Shown piece after piece: positions 1 to 10,357 of a stretch of 64,000 bases of DNA. Position 1 is the first letter of the stretch. Each line of letters starts with the position of its first letter. This DNA is from Clostridia bacterium (lineage in GTDB: Bacteria > Bacillota > Clostridia > Oscillospirales > CAG-272): the NCBI GenBank assembly GCA_017411745.1, contig JAFQPM010000002.1:79810-143809 (forward strand), in the 5' to 3' direction. A program made the translations under genes and the position numbers. The notes beneath the pieces are model-generated. The model had not been told where the DNA came from, searched no databases, and was given only the letters and a program-made list of their open reading frames with translations.

Positions 1-3000
1 CGATAAGGTCGTTCATTATGTTGTCTCGACATCCGATAACGTTGGAAATATTACATATTCCCTCATGGATTAGATCCTGAGCGTTTCCCGTCCATACGTC
101 AGTTCCGTGTGAAAGTCCCGATATTTGCAAAAGGTCGGAAAATGATTTCGGCTTTGCTTCCTCGACCATCTTGATAACGAATCTCGTACCGAATTCGGGA
201 AGACCGTAAGTTCCTATATTGCAACCGAGTATATCGTCGGGAGATATTCCGAGAGTTTTTGTTGAAAGGAAAAGCTCGTAGACCGATTTATCGTTCATGG
301 GCACTTCCATAACGCTTTTGTTTGAATACTTTTCAAGATACTTGTACTTAGTTGGCATATCGTGTCCGAGCTCGTCAAGCTTAAGAAGCGTATCGTGGAG
401 ATATTCAAACGTAAAGTGCGTTGTGACTATGTTGGAGTTCGGGTCGTCTGCGGGGTGCTGTACGGGACAGAAATCGTATATCTCATATTCTTTGGGAACA
501 ACGACAATACCGCCCGGGTGCTGACCGGTTGAACGCTTTACTCCGACACAGTTTGAAACGATCCTATTGACCTCGGCACGAGGCAGACTGATTCCCTTTT
601 CTTCAAGGTATTTCATAACATAGCCGTACGCCGTTTTGTCGGCAAGCGTGCCGATAGTGCCTGCTCTGAACACGTTTTCCGCACCAAAAAGTTCCTCGGT
701 GTATTTGTGTACCTTTCCCTGTACTTCACCCGAGAAGTTGAGGTCGATATCGGGAGATTTATCTCCGTAGAATCCAAGGAAGGTTTCGAAAGGAATATGA
801 TGACCGTCGGCATTAAGCTTGGAGCCGCATTTAGGACATTTTGCGTCAGGAAGGTCGAAGCCTGAACCGACTTTTAGGGGGTTAGAAAAGTCGCTATATT
901 GGCATTTGGGACACCAATAATGGGGCGGCAGAGGGTTGACCTCCGAAATACCTGCCATCGATGCAACGAAGGATGATCCGACAGAGCCTCTTGAGCCAAC
1001 GAGATATCCCTGACTTTCGCTATACCAAACGAGCTTCTGCGCGATCATATAAAGCACGGCAAAGCCGTTTTTGATGATTGAGGTGAGCTCCTTATCAAGT
1101 CGTTGCGCTACTATTTCGGGCAGAGGGTCTCCGTACATGGACTTTGCACGATCATAGCAAATACGCGTAAGATCTTCTTCCGCCCCCTCCATTGAAGGAG
1201 TAAACGTTCCCTTCGGGAAAGGACGAATATCGCTTTCTATCATATCGTTTATGAGATTGGTGTTGGTAACGACCACCTCATAGGCTTTTTCTTCGCCCAA
1301 ATATGAAAATTCCTCGAGCATCTCCTCTGTTGTGCGATAATATATGTGAGAATCCTTGTCGAAGTCCTTGAATTTCTGTCCTGCGAGCAATATCTTGCGG
1401 TAAAGCTCGTCCTCATCGTTCAAGAAGTGCGCATCGCAGGTTGCCACAACCGGCTTGTTGTATTTTTCGCCAAGTGCGACGATTCTGCGGTTGAAATTAT
1501 GAAGATCCTCCTCGTCCTTTGCTTTTTCATCGGCTATAAGGAAACGGTTGTTGGAGATAGGCTGGATTTCGAGATAATCGTAGAAATTGACTATTTCCTC
1601 GATCTCTGCCTCGGGTCTGTTGTCCAAAAGTGCGGTAAACAGCTCTCCCGCCTCGCAAGCAGATCCTATAATAAGACCCTCTCTGTGTTTTTCAAGCTCG
1701 GTCTTGGGTATTCTCGGATTACGCTTGTAATACTTCAAAAATCCCATTGAAATGAGCTTGTAAAGGTTTTTAAGTCCAATTTTATTTTTGACGAGAATGA
1801 TCTGATGATAGGGCTTGAGGTTTAGAGGATTGGAGTTTGCACTCATATCGCGCTTGAGTTGCTCAAAGCTCTTGATATCCTGCTCCCTCATCGATTCGAT
1901 CATTTTTATGTAGATCATCGCGAGCATTGCCGCGTCGTCACTTGCTCTGTGATGATTGAACTCTCCAAGATTATAATATTCCGCAAGTGTATCAAGCTTG
2001 TGCTTCTTCAAATCCGGATGAATGTATCTTGAGAGTGCAACGGTGTCCAGATATGGGTTTGTGAACACCATTCCGCATTCTTCTGCGGCACGGCGAATAA
2101 AGCCTGTATCGAAGTTCGCGTTATGTGCGACGAGAAGCTTTTTGCCCCCCCCGATAAACTCAAAGAAATTATGGAGCGCTTCGTCTATCTTTGGAGCATC
2201 AGCTACCATTTCGTCTGTAATAGACGTTAATTCAACAATTTCCTCCGGGATAGGTACTTCGGGATTGACAAACGTATTAAATACGTCGGTGATTTCTCCG
2301 TTTTTGACTCTGACAGCTCCTATTTCGGTTATCTTACAGTTTTGAACCGAGAGGCCTGTGGTCTCTATATCGAAAACTATCGTTTCTTCATCGAAATCTT
2401 CGTTATAAGTGCCGTAAAGCGCACCCGCGGTATTGTTAACAAAATATGCCTCAACACCATATATTACCTTTTGCCCGATCTTTTCGGATGCGAGCATAGC
2501 CTCCTGATAGCCTTGAACAGTTCCGTGGTCGGTTATTGCAACCGCGGGGTGCCCCCAAGCTTTTGCCTGCTTTACCGCAACGTCTGGGGGAATCAAGGCG
2601 TCCATATGCGACATCTGGGTGTGCAGATGAAGCTCAACGCGCTTCACGGGAGCATTGTCGACCCTCGCAAGCTTTTTGATCTTTGCAATACTGGAGAAGA
2701 AAAACTGAAAATCTGTTCCCTCAGTTCTATCCTTTCGCGTTTCCTTTTTTGAATAACCCTTAAGAGCGATGACTGCACCGTTTTTTACGTTTGCGGATAT
2801 GTCATCAGCATCCTCAAGTGTGGCGAAGCATTTGACCTCTACAGACGAATTCCCGTCGCTTATCGAGAAGGAAATGTTCATTTTATCGCCCGAGCGACTG
2901 GGCTCCTGGACGTAATCAAAAACTGTTCCCACAATTACTATATTTCGCTGCGGTTTTGTGATATCCGCGATCGATGTGGGGGAGATCTCAAATGGCTCGC

Positions 3001-3736
3001 CGTAGACGTATTCGGGCGAGGAAACGTCAAATTTTGTGTTTCCGATCTGACAAATGCCGCCGTTAACTGTGGGCACGGCGTTTTCGTCGAAGAGAGATGT
3101 CTTTCTCGGAAGCATATTTGCCTCCTCGGTTGTGGGAGGTGTGGCACTGAGCCGACTAGCCATTTTTGCTTCGTATGCCTTTTCCTCGGCAGCCATTCTT
3201 TTGTCGAAATCCTCTATGTACTTTTCGAGCGAATTGTTGCTGGCAAGGAAGATCTCGTCGCTGGTGTGCACGACGTTGACACGCACATTGATTCCGAATT
3301 CAGACAGTATAATTCCCTGCATAACTGACGGAGTGCGAGCATCGTAAAGCAATCTTACACCGTTTTCGTCGAATGGTATCTCTACGGTTAAAGTGTTATT
3401 TTCAAGATTGAATCTGTATTTGCTGAAAAATCCACGCGCGACGATGCCTACGTTTTCTGTTTCCTTCAAAAGCTCGGGAACGTAGTCGCTATCAAAAAGA
3501 TTTGACGGATAATGAGGCATTATCTTGACCCAATTCAGTGAATATGCCTTTGCTATCTCGCGCTCTATGCGATAGAGCTTGTCCTTTTCGATAAGCGCAG
3601 GAAAATCAGCCGACGCCTGCAAAATTCTATTTTCCTTGTCGGCTTGTATTTTTATATTCTGCGCCTGATTCAATATCCGTGCGCTATGTTCATCGGCTTT
3701 ATATTTTTCAAAAATCTGCAAAAAAGTTTTTGACAT
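1..3736 (-). CDS. polC: DNA polymerase III PolC-type (Gram-positive replicase), C-terminus runs off the left window edge
   Basis: Manual translation of the minus strand from ATG at 3736-3734 gives MSKTFLQIFEKY... It contains the PHP motif VELHLHTQMSHMD, the exonuclease motif LVAHNANFDTGF and the zinc module PLPPHYWCPKCQY...KCPKCG. The frame is open to position 1. The ORF is absent from the ORF track because no stop codon lies inside the window. Confidence 0.93.
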   Translation of the reverse strand, partial: MSKTFLQIFEKYKADEHSARILNQAQNIKIQADKENRILQASADFPALIEKDKLYRIEREIAKAYSLNWVKIMPHYPSNLFDSDYVPELLKETENVGIVARGFFSKYRFNLENNTLTVEIPFDENGVRLLYDARTPSVMQGIILSEFGINVRVNVVHTSDEIFLASNNSLEKYIEDFDKRMAAEEKAYEAKMASRLSATPPTTEEANMLPRKTSLFDENAVPTVNGGICQIGNTKFDVSSPEYVYGEPFEISPTSIADITKPQRNIVIVGTVFDYVQEPSRSGDKMNISFSISDGNSSVEVKCFATLEDADDISANVKNGAVIALKGYSKKETRKDRTEGTDFQFFFSSIAKIKKLARVDNAPVKRVELHLHTQMSHMDALIPPDVAVKQAKAWGHPAVAITDHGTVQGYQEAMLASEKIGQKVIYGVEAYFVNNTAGALYGTYNEDFDEETIVFDIETTGLSVQNCKITEIGAVRVKNGEITDVFNTFVNPEVPIPEEIVELTSITDEMVADAPKIDEALHNFFEFIGGGKKLLVAHNANFDTGFIRRAAEECGMVFTNPYLDTVALSRYIHPDLKKHKLDTLAEYYNLGEFNHHRASDDAAMLAMIYIKMIESMREQDIKSFEQLKRDMSANSNPLNLKPYHQIILVKNKIGLKNLYKLISMGFLKYYKRNPRIPKTELEKHREGLIIGSACEAGELFTALLDNRPEAEIEEIVNFYDYLEIQPISNNRFLIADEKAKDEEDLHNFNRRIVALGEKYNKPVVATCDAHFLNDEDELYRKILLAGQKFKDFDKDSHIYYRTTEEMLEEFSYLGEEKAYEVVVTNTNLINDMIESDIRPFPKGTFTPSMEGAEEDLTRICYDRAKSMYGDPLPEIVAQRLDKELTSIIKNGFAVLYMIAQKLVWYSESQGYLVGSRGSVGSSFVASMAGISEVNPLPPHYWCPKCQYSDFSNPLKVGSGFDLPDAKCPKCGSKLNADGHHIPFETFLGFYGDKSPDIDLNFSGEVQGKVHKYTEELFGAENVFRAGTIGTLADKTAYGYVMKYLEEKGISLPRAEVNRIVSNCVGVKRSTGQHPGGIVVVPKEYEIYDFCPVQHPADDPNSNIVTTHFTFEYLHDTLLKLDELGHDMPTKYKYLEKYSNKSVMEVPMNDKSVYELFLSTKTLGISPDDILGCNIGTYGLPEFGTRFVIKMVEEAKPKSFSDLLQISGLSHGTDVWTGNAQDLIHEGICNISNVIGCRDNIMNDLI

Positions 3737-3739
3737 ATC

Positions 3740-4834
3740 TTAAGAGAATCTTTCTTCTTTGATTTTTTTAATTTCCTTTATTAATGTTGGAATTATGTCG
3801 TTTTCAGATATCTTTCCAAGTGGTTGTCCGTGAGCGAAAAGAAGTGCCTCACCCTTACCGCCCGCAATTCCTATATCCGCTTCGTGTGCTTCACCTGGAC
3901 CATTTACAATGCATCCCATAAGCGCAACGGTTATCGGGAGGTCGGAAAGTCCCTCGGCAGCAACTATGGCTTCAAATTGCGCGCTTAGGGATATGAGATC
4001 GATTTTTGTTCTTCCACAGGTGGGACAGCTGACGATATTCATTCCACACTGACCTTGAATATTCAGAGCATTCAGAATATCCTTTGCGGCGGCGACCTCC
4101 TTAACGGGATCTGCCGTGAGGGAGACTCTGAGAGTGTCGCCTATTCCCTCGCAAAGCAAGGCGCCGATTCCTATAGCGCTCTTGATGCTTCCACTCTTCT
4201 CTGCACCCGCCTCGGTGACTCCGATATGTATCGGATAATCACATCTTTCCGCCACCAATCTATTGGCGGAGATCATAGTCGTAACGTCAGAGGACTTTAT
4301 TGAAATAGCGGTGTCATAAAAATCATATTTTTCAAGAATAGACGCGTGATAAAGCGCACTTTCGCAGAGTGCCTCGGGTGTTGGAGAGCCGTATTTGGCA
4401 AGAATATGCTCTTCCACCGATCCACTGTTAACACCAATTCTTATCGGTATGTTTCTTCCTTTACAAGCATCGACAACAGCTTTTACTCGCTCCTCGTCGC
4501 CTATATTACCTGGATTGATGCGGATCTTATCGACTCCGTATTCGGCGGCCTTGAGCGCCGCGCGATAGTCGAAGTGGATATCTGCCACGATGGGCGTACG
4601 GATGCCCGATTCCTTGATTATTCTTACGGTTTCTGCCGCTTCTGCGTCGGGGACGGTGATACGGACGATGTCACAGCCTGCCGATGCGAGTCTTTTTATC
4701 TGCTCGAGGGTGGCTATAGCGTCCTTTGTGTCGGTGTTCGTCATCGACTGAATGGCAATCTTATTATCTCCGCCTATTTTGACGTTTCCAACTGTGATTT
4801 CTCTTGTTTTTCGCCTTATATCGTTATAGATCAT
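3740..4834 (-). CDS. ispG: 4-hydroxy-3-methylbut-2-en-1-yl diphosphate synthase (MEP pathway)
   Basis: 364 aa. Contains KIAIQSMTNT near the N-terminus and the C-terminal Fe-S cysteine motif VSCPTCGRT. Sits 3 nt upstream of the polC start. Confidence 0.93.
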   Translation of the reverse strand: MIYNDIRRKTREITVGNVKIGGDNKIAIQSMTNTDTKDAIATLEQIKRLASAGCDIVRITVPDAEAAETVRIIKESGIRTPIVADIHFDYRAALKAAEYGVDKIRINPGNIGDEERVKAVVDACKGRNIPIRIGVNSGSVEEHILAKYGSPTPEALCESALYHASILEKYDFYDTAISIKSSDVTTMISANRLVAERCDYPIHIGVTEAGAEKSGSIKSAIGIGALLCEGIGDTLRVSLTADPVKEVAAAKDILNALNIQGQCGMNIVSCPTCGRTKIDLISLSAQFEAIVAAEGLSDLPITVALMGCIVNGPGEAHEADIGIAGGKGEALLFAHGQPLGKISENDIIPTLIKEIKKIKEERFS

Positions 4835-4849
4835 TTTTTTATCCTTCGT

Positions 4850-6007
4850 TTAAATGAAAAGAGTGAAAATATCTTTGAAGGTGATAAATATCATCAATGC
4901 AAAAAGAATCAGTATGCCGACGGTATTTACCATCTGTTCAACTTCCTTTTTGACGGGTTTTCTTGTTATCGCTTCTATAAGTAAGAAAACGATCCTGCCG
5001 CCGTCCAACGCGGGCACGGGCAGAAGATTGAATACTCCGAGATTCATAGTGATGAGAGTGAAGAGATAAAGCAAGGAGGGAGCTCCGTTTTTGGTTGCCT
5101 GCCCTACAGCCCCTGCCATTCCTACGGGACCCGATACCGCTTCAGCGCCGTAGCGACCTGTTACGAGATCTTTCAAGCTGTCAGTAATGATCTTTATCGT
5201 TGAAAACGATCTGTATACCGCGTGCTTCATTATTGATCCGAAGTTTGCCCTCTCTCCGTAGATCGTAAAGTCGTACGAGCCAAAGGTTGCACCCGCGGAG
5301 GTCTCTGTCGGGAAAACAACGTCCTTGAGAGTGATCTTCTCACCGTTTCGGATTACGACTATATCGATCGGCTCGTAGCCGCTGTTCATTATCTCGTAAA
5401 CAAGCTCGTTCCCTGTATGAATGTTTACACCGTCTACCTTAATAATTGTATCTCCTACCATTAAAGGAGATTCACATTTATCGGACAAGGAGTTTTCCTG
5501 AAATCCCGCGATGGTATTGGAAGCGAGGTAACCGTTCTGTGCGCTCTCTATTCCTACGAGCGAGAACATACAAAGAATTCCAAGCAGAATATTCATTATA
5601 GGTCCTGCTATGGTGATAAGGAATCTTTTCCAAACGGATTTGTTGCAGAAGGCATTGGCATCCGTCGAGGCGTCATCTTCCCCCGCCATACTTACGTATC
5701 CGCCTATGGGCAATGCTCTTACGCTGAAGATCGTTTTCTCATTTTCGGTAGCGTTTTCACCGTCAAGCGCTTCCGTCTTGAGTGAGACGTCTTCAGTATC
5801 AGACGAGTGGAAGGATTTTGCTATTTCGTCTTTTCCGTCTTTATTTCTTTTCTTTTTTGTGGTGAAGATCGCAGGACCCATTCCTATTGAAAATTCCAAT
5901 ACCGTCACTCTGAAAAGTTTGGCAAAAAGAAAGTGACCAAGCTCGTGAATGACTACCATTATGCTGAGTAATACCAGCGTCAGCAGCAAATACAAAATAG
6001 TGTCCAT
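4850..6007 (-). CDS. rseP: RIP site-2 metalloprotease, M50 family (RseP/RasP)
   Basis: HELGHF zinc motif in the first TM helix, a central PDZ-like region and C-terminal NLLPVPALDGGR. Occupies the conserved position between dxr and ispG/polC. Confidence 0.9.
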   Translation of the reverse strand: MDTILYLLLTLVLLSIMVVIHELGHFLFAKLFRVTVLEFSIGMGPAIFTTKKKRNKDGKDEIAKSFHSSDTEDVSLKTEALDGENATENEKTIFSVRALPIGGYVSMAGEDDASTDANAFCNKSVWKRFLITIAGPIMNILLGILCMFSLVGIESAQNGYLASNTIAGFQENSLSDKCESPLMVGDTIIKVDGVNIHTGNELVYEIMNSGYEPIDIVVIRNGEKITLKDVVFPTETSAGATFGSYDFTIYGERANFGSIMKHAVYRSFSTIKIITDSLKDLVTGRYGAEAVSGPVGMAGAVGQATKNGAPSLLYLFTLITMNLGVFNLLPVPALDGGRIVFLLIEAITRKPVKKEVEQMVNTVGILILFALMIFITFKDIFTLFI

Positions 6008-6024
6008 AAAATCTCCGTTTAAAG

Positions 6025-7206
6025 TTAATTGCGTTTTGAGATAAGAGCCGTTGAGGCTTCTCTCGCAGATGCCGCGGCTTCAAGTATCCTGTCGGGATCG
6101 TGAATATCCTTGCAATATGACATAGTATCAACAATATTGCATACAATGTCAAAAACATCGCAAAATCCGATCTTTTTATTCAAAAATGCGGCAACCGCCT
6201 CTTCGTTGGCAGCGTTAAGCACCGCCGGTACTGCACCGCCGAGAGTAATTGCCTCGTAAGCCTTTGCCAAAAGCACGAAGGTGTCTGTATCGGGCTTGGC
6301 GAAGGTTAGTTTGCCGACTGAGAAAAGATCGAGCTCCTGGGTCATTGCCTCGGTCCTTTCGGGGTGAGTTAATGCGTACTGAACACAATGTCTCATATCG
6401 GGAACCGACATCTGTGCGATAACGCTGTTATCAATATATTCGACCGCAGAATGTATTATGCTTTCTCTGTGGACGACTACCTTTACTTGATCGGGTCTTA
6501 CGCCGAAGAGATGCACTGCCTCAATGACTTCGAAGCCTTTGTTCATCAGTGTTGCGCTGTCGACCGTTATTTTGGGGCCCATCTTCCACGTGGGATGGGC
6601 GAGCGCTGTTTCCACTGTTACGCCCGAGAGTTGTTCTTTATTATAGCCGAAAAACGGACCACCCGATGCGGTGAGAATGAGATTTTTTATTTCCTCATTC
6701 TTGCCCGAGCGCAAACACTGAAAGATAGCACAGTGCTCGCTGTCTACGGGAAGTATTTCTATTCCGTTTTCCTTGGCGGCTGTCATTACCGCCTCGCCGC
6801 TTACGACCAATGATTCCTTATTTGCCAGAGCGAGCTTTTTCTTACAATTCAATGTGGTCAGAGTAGGCTTCAGACCCGCTTCGCCCACTATAGAATTCTC
6901 TACTACCTGACCAAATTCCTCATCTCCGTTCGTTTCTTCTATCATTTCGCAGATACCCTCGGTTTTTGCGTATACCTTGATATCGGTGTCCTTCAGGCGC
7001 TCCTTGAGATCCTTTGCGGCATCGGGGTCGCTCATAGCGCAGGCCTTGACTTTAAAATGCCTTGCCTGCTCCTCTGCTCTTTTTGCGTTTTTATGTGCCG
7101 AGATGGCATCGACCGCAACTCCGAATTTTTCGGCTACGTCGATTGCCTGCTCGCCAACTGATCCCGTTGAGCCCAGGATCATCATACTTGGTTTATTCGT
7201 ATTCAT
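6025..7206 (-). CDS. dxr: 1-deoxy-D-xylulose 5-phosphate reductoisomerase
   Basis: 393 aa. N-terminal NADPH motif ILGSTGSVG, LANKESLV and HPTWKMG motifs. Confidence 0.94.
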   Translation of the reverse strand: MNTNKPSMMILGSTGSVGEQAIDVAEKFGVAVDAISAHKNAKRAEEQARHFKVKACAMSDPDAAKDLKERLKDTDIKVYAKTEGICEMIEETNGDEEFGQVVENSIVGEAGLKPTLTTLNCKKKLALANKESLVVSGEAVMTAAKENGIEILPVDSEHCAIFQCLRSGKNEEIKNLILTASGGPFFGYNKEQLSGVTVETALAHPTWKMGPKITVDSATLMNKGFEVIEAVHLFGVRPDQVKVVVHRESIIHSAVEYIDNSVIAQMSVPDMRHCVQYALTHPERTEAMTQELDLFSVGKLTFAKPDTDTFVLLAKAYEAITLGGAVPAVLNAANEEAVAAFLNKKIGFCDVFDIVCNIVDTMSYCKDIHDPDRILEAAASAREASTALISKRN

Positions 7207-7214
7207 ATTTATCC

Positions 7215-8075
7215 TTATTTTGTGATCGGGAGCAGTTCAAAATACGTGCAGATGAAAGCAAGAATAAGAGAAACTGCCAAAACCGAATCGAATCTGTCGA
7301 GAATTCCGCCGTGTCCCGGGAAAAGCTTTCCGTAATCCTTGATTCCGTAATGTCTCTTCACGAGGGACATTATGAGGTCGCCTATCTGAGAGACTATCGA
7401 AATAAATACTCCGCTTATCGCAAGAACCAAATAATTTGCCTCAATGGCTCCGTCGGGATTGAAGAACTTTTCGATCACAAGACCGAAAACGAGCATTCCT
7501 ATTACGCAAAAGATAACTCCGCCGATCGCACCCTCTATAGTCTTTTTAGGGCTTACCGATGGGATAAGCTTATGCTTTCCGAAGAATCTTCCCGAAAAAT
7601 AAGCAAAGCTATCGGTCACCCACGCACAGATAAACGTCAGCAAATAAATATACACTCCGTTATTTATGAAATCGCGAATGTAAACTATTGCGCCAAAAGC
7701 CGCGATTATGTAGAACGACATCGCAAAGATAAGTCCCGCATCTGTAACTGCTATTTTTTTGTTAGCAAATACGGCAACACCGAAAACGTACAGAGCAACT
7801 ATAAATGCAATACCTACAAGAAGCTTGACTGCTTCGGAAAGAAAGATCCCGTTTTCACGAGTGTATCTCATACAAAGCGGAACAAATGCCGCAACAAGAC
7901 AAAGCGGTATTGTAAAAAACAGATTCTTTTTTTGTCCCATACAACCGAGCACCTCTATAATGCCGATGACGGCACAAAGAGATATTGCGGCGGGAAATAC
8001 CCAAGTATCGCTGAATATAATGATCGGAACGAATACGCAGAGTGCAACTATTGCCGTAATTATTCTTTTCAACAT
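7215..8075 (-). CDS. cdsA: phosphatidate cytidylyltransferase
   Basis: Polytopic membrane protein with SPKKTIEGAIGG and GHGGILDRFDS signatures. The ORF track starts it at 8108, overlapping uppS by 29 nt. I prefer the ATG at 8075, which has an AAGAAGGA RBS about 8 nt upstream and lies 4 nt after the uppS stop. Confidence 0.88.
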   Translation of the reverse strand: MLKRIITAIVALCVFVPIIIFSDTWVFPAAISLCAVIGIIEVLGCMGQKKNLFFTIPLCLVAAFVPLCMRYTRENGIFLSEAVKLLVGIAFIVALYVFGVAVFANKKIAVTDAGLIFAMSFYIIAAFGAIVYIRDFINNGVYIYLLTFICAWVTDSFAYFSGRFFGKHKLIPSVSPKKTIEGAIGGVIFCVIGMLVFGLVIEKFFNPDGAIEANYLVLAISGVFISIVSQIGDLIMSLVKRHYGIKDYGKLFPGHGGILDRFDSVLAVSLILAFICTYFELLPITK

Positions 8076-8079
8076 AAGA

Positions 8080-8793
8080 TCAATCCTTCTTTTCAGGTTC
8101 TTTATCAAGTCCGCCGAAGCGTCTTTTTCTGGAGTAAAATGCGTCTACTGCTCGGTCTACGTCGTCAGAGGTCATATCAGGCCAAAGCGTGTCGGTAAAA
8201 TAGAGCTCGGAGTACGCCGCTTGCCAAAGCAGAAAGTTTGAGATTCGAAGGTCTCCCCCCGTGCGAACGATCAGGTCTGGATCAGGGCAATCGCCCGTAT
8301 AGAGAGCATCATTGATGTCCTGCTCCGTAACTTCGCGCTTGCCTTTTGCCAAAAGTTTATTGAATGCGCTTGTCAGCTCAGCGCGAGAACCGTAGTTAAT
8401 TGCGACGTTCAGAACGTATTCGTGTCCTGCGGTTTCCGCGGTCATCTTGTTGATCTTTTCAACTATTTTGGGATCAAGCATACTTACGTCGCCGATGAAG
8501 CGAATAGATGCATTTTCGGGGCGCTGTTTATCGAGGTATTCGTCAAGGAGCTTCATTATCGCGTTGACTTCGCTTTTCGGACGTTTCCAGTTTTCAGTGG
8601 AAAAGGCATACACGGTAAGGTATTTTATTCCGATTTTGTGGCAGTATTCAGTTATCTCTCTGAATACCCTTGCGCCGTTTTTGTGTCCATATTCGCGCGG
8701 CATATTACGCGCAGTTGCCCATCTGCCGTTACCGTCCATAATAAACGCGATGTGCTGAAGTCTCTCGTCCACTTTCTTTGCATTGTTAGTCAT
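8080..8793 (-). CDS. uppS: undecaprenyl (isoprenyl) diphosphate synthase
   Basis: IMDGNGRWA and RTGGDLRISNFLLWQAAYSE signatures of cis-prenyltransferases. Confidence 0.94.
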   Translation of the reverse strand: MTNNAKKVDERLQHIAFIMDGNGRWATARNMPREYGHKNGARVFREITEYCHKIGIKYLTVYAFSTENWKRPKSEVNAIMKLLDEYLDKQRPENASIRFIGDVSMLDPKIVEKINKMTAETAGHEYVLNVAINYGSRAELTSAFNKLLAKGKREVTEQDINDALYTGDCPDPDLIVRTGGDLRISNFLLWQAAYSELYFTDTLWPDMTSDDVDRAVDAFYSRKRRFGGLDKEPEKKD

Positions 8794-8875
8794 AATTAAA
8801 ACCTTTTATGGAAATTAAAGCGGAAGCATTTTCTCTTCCGCTTTAAAAGTATTAAAAATATGTGTCCTATAAGGA

Positions 8876-9427
8876 TCAGACCTTCATAATGTCCTTTTCC
8901 TTTGCGGAAGTGATAGTGTCGATGTTCTTAATGAACTTATCGGTGATATCCTGAACTGACTTTTCAGCGTTCTTTACGTCATCCTCAGTGAGAAGACCGT
9001 CCTTCTTCTGCTTCTTGATATCATCGTTGGCTGCACGTCTGAGGTTACGGATAGCAACCTTTGCCTCTTCGCCCATCTTTTGAACCTGCTTTGCGAGATC
9101 CTTACGTCTTTCCTCGGTAAGCTGAGGGAATACGAGGCGAATGATCTTTCCATCGTTAGAGGGATTAATTCCGATATCAGAGGTCTGAATTGCCTTTTCC
9201 ATAGCCTTGAGTGTGCTTGCATCGTAAGGGATGATCTCAAGAGTTTTAGCGTCGGCAACTCTAACGTTTGCCATAGCAGTTATTTCAGCGGGAGAACCCC
9301 AATAGTCGAAGGTTACACGAGAAAGGACTGCGGGATTTGCCTGGCTTGCGCGGATAGATGCGAGGTTCTGCTCGTAGGAAGCAATGGTTTTTTGCATTTT
9401 CTGTTCAAGATCTTTGGTGTTGTACAT
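8876..9427 (-). CDS. frr: ribosome recycling factor
   Basis: 183 aa. Typical RRF sequence (VRVADAKTLEIIPYD, LTEERRKDL). Sits between pyrH and uppS as in most bacteria. Confidence 0.94.
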   Translation of the reverse strand: MYNTKDLEQKMQKTIASYEQNLASIRASQANPAVLSRVTFDYWGSPAEITAMANVRVADAKTLEIIPYDASTLKAMEKAIQTSDIGINPSNDGKIIRLVFPQLTEERRKDLAKQVQKMGEEAKVAIRNLRRAANDDIKKQKKDGLLTEDDVKNAEKSVQDITDKFIKNIDTITSAKEKDIMKV

Positions 9428-9455
9428 TTTGATGTTTCCTTTCTATGTATATAGC

Positions 9456-10172
9456 TTATTTATGCATTTTAGTACCTGTAGCGGTGCCTGTTACCGCACG
9501 GTAAATATTTTCGGGATCGGAGAGTGCGAATGCATAGCAATCAATGTCGTTTTCGTTGCAGAAGGATACTGCGGTGAGGTCAAACGCCTTGAGATCCTTT
9601 TCAAGTATCTCTGCATAAGTAACGTCGTCATATCTCTTGGCATTGGGATCCTTCTTGGGATCTGCGGTGTAAAGACCGTCTACATTTTTAGCCATAAGAA
9701 CGACGTCTGCTCCAATCTCTGCCGCGCGGACCACCGCTGGTGTATCGGTTGAGAAATAAGGAGCTCCAAGACCGCCGCCGAATATAACGACTTTGCCTTC
9801 TTTGAGGTATCTGTCTGCATCTCTTTGGGTGTAGAAATCGGCAAAGGTGTTCATTTCAACCGTGGAAAGAACTTTTGCATCTATTCCTTGTCTCAGAAAC
9901 GCGTCCTGAAGTGCCAAGGAATTAATAACTGTGGCAAGCATTCCCATGTGGTCTGCTCTTGCTCTGTTCATTCCAACGCCCTTTCTTGCGCCTCGCCAGA
10001 TGTTGCCTGCCCCAACGATGATGGCGACTTCAACACCCGCCTTGAGGCACTTGTCGATAGATGCTACGACTTTATCGACGAAATCAAAATCGAGAATGTC
10101 GCTCTCGCATCCGTTTTTGAGCGCTTCGCCCGAGATTTTGATTAAAACTCTGTTATAGATCGGTTTTGACAT
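9456..10172 (-). CDS. pyrH: UMP kinase
   Basis: VLIKISGEAL N-terminal motif and FGGGLGAPYFSTDT. 238 aa. Confidence 0.94.
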   Translation of the reverse strand: MSKPIYNRVLIKISGEALKNGCESDILDFDFVDKVVASIDKCLKAGVEVAIIVGAGNIWRGARKGVGMNRARADHMGMLATVINSLALQDAFLRQGIDAKVLSTVEMNTFADFYTQRDADRYLKEGKVVIFGGGLGAPYFSTDTPAVVRAAEIGADVVLMAKNVDGLYTADPKKDPNAKRYDDVTYAEILEKDLKAFDLTAVSFCNENDIDCYAFALSDPENIYRAVTGTATGTKMHK

Positions 10173-10314
10173 TGCTGCTCTCCCAAATGATAATTTCTAC
10201 ACAATATTGTACTACTTTTTTGTCGTTTTGTAAACAGTTTTTTGTAAATATTTTCTGTTTTTTTATAATTTATTTAAATAATATAAACTTAATATAAAAA
10301 TTGAGTTGTATTTC

Positions 10315-10348
10315 AAAAACGCCGTGCAAAATCTGCACGACGTTTTTG
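10315..10348 (-). terminator. intrinsic terminator downstream of thrS
   Basis: Imperfect 9-bp GC-rich stem (10320-10328 pairs with 10334-10342, one mismatch). It is flanked by an A5 and a T5 run and lies 10 nt after the thrS stop. Confidence 0.7.
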
Positions 10349-10357
10349 TAAATAAAA

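Noticed and set aside
2145-2152. Run of eight C (G8 on the coding strand) inside polC, considered as a slipped-strand phase-variation tract
   Set aside because: It encodes the in-frame GGG of ...FIGGGKKLLVAHNANFD... in an essential replicase. Phase variation there is implausible. The only note is that it is a homopolymer prone to sequencing error.
297-3347. Several 66-136 aa ORFs on both strands in the first 3.7 kb (for example 1346-1750 and 2342-2752)
   Set aside because: All lie inside the uninterrupted polC reading frame on the minus strand. polC is missing from the ORF track only because its stop codon lies outside the window.
5841-6158. 105-aa ORF bridging the dxr/rseP junction
   Set aside because: It is out of frame with, and overlaps, two well-supported genes on the same strand. 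It has no independent support.
7062-8198. 378-aa ORF antisense to cdsA and the ends of dxr and uppS
   Set aside because: It is in register with cdsA and has Arg/Tyr/Cys/Asn-rich nonsense-like composition. The sense genes carry diagnostic motifs.
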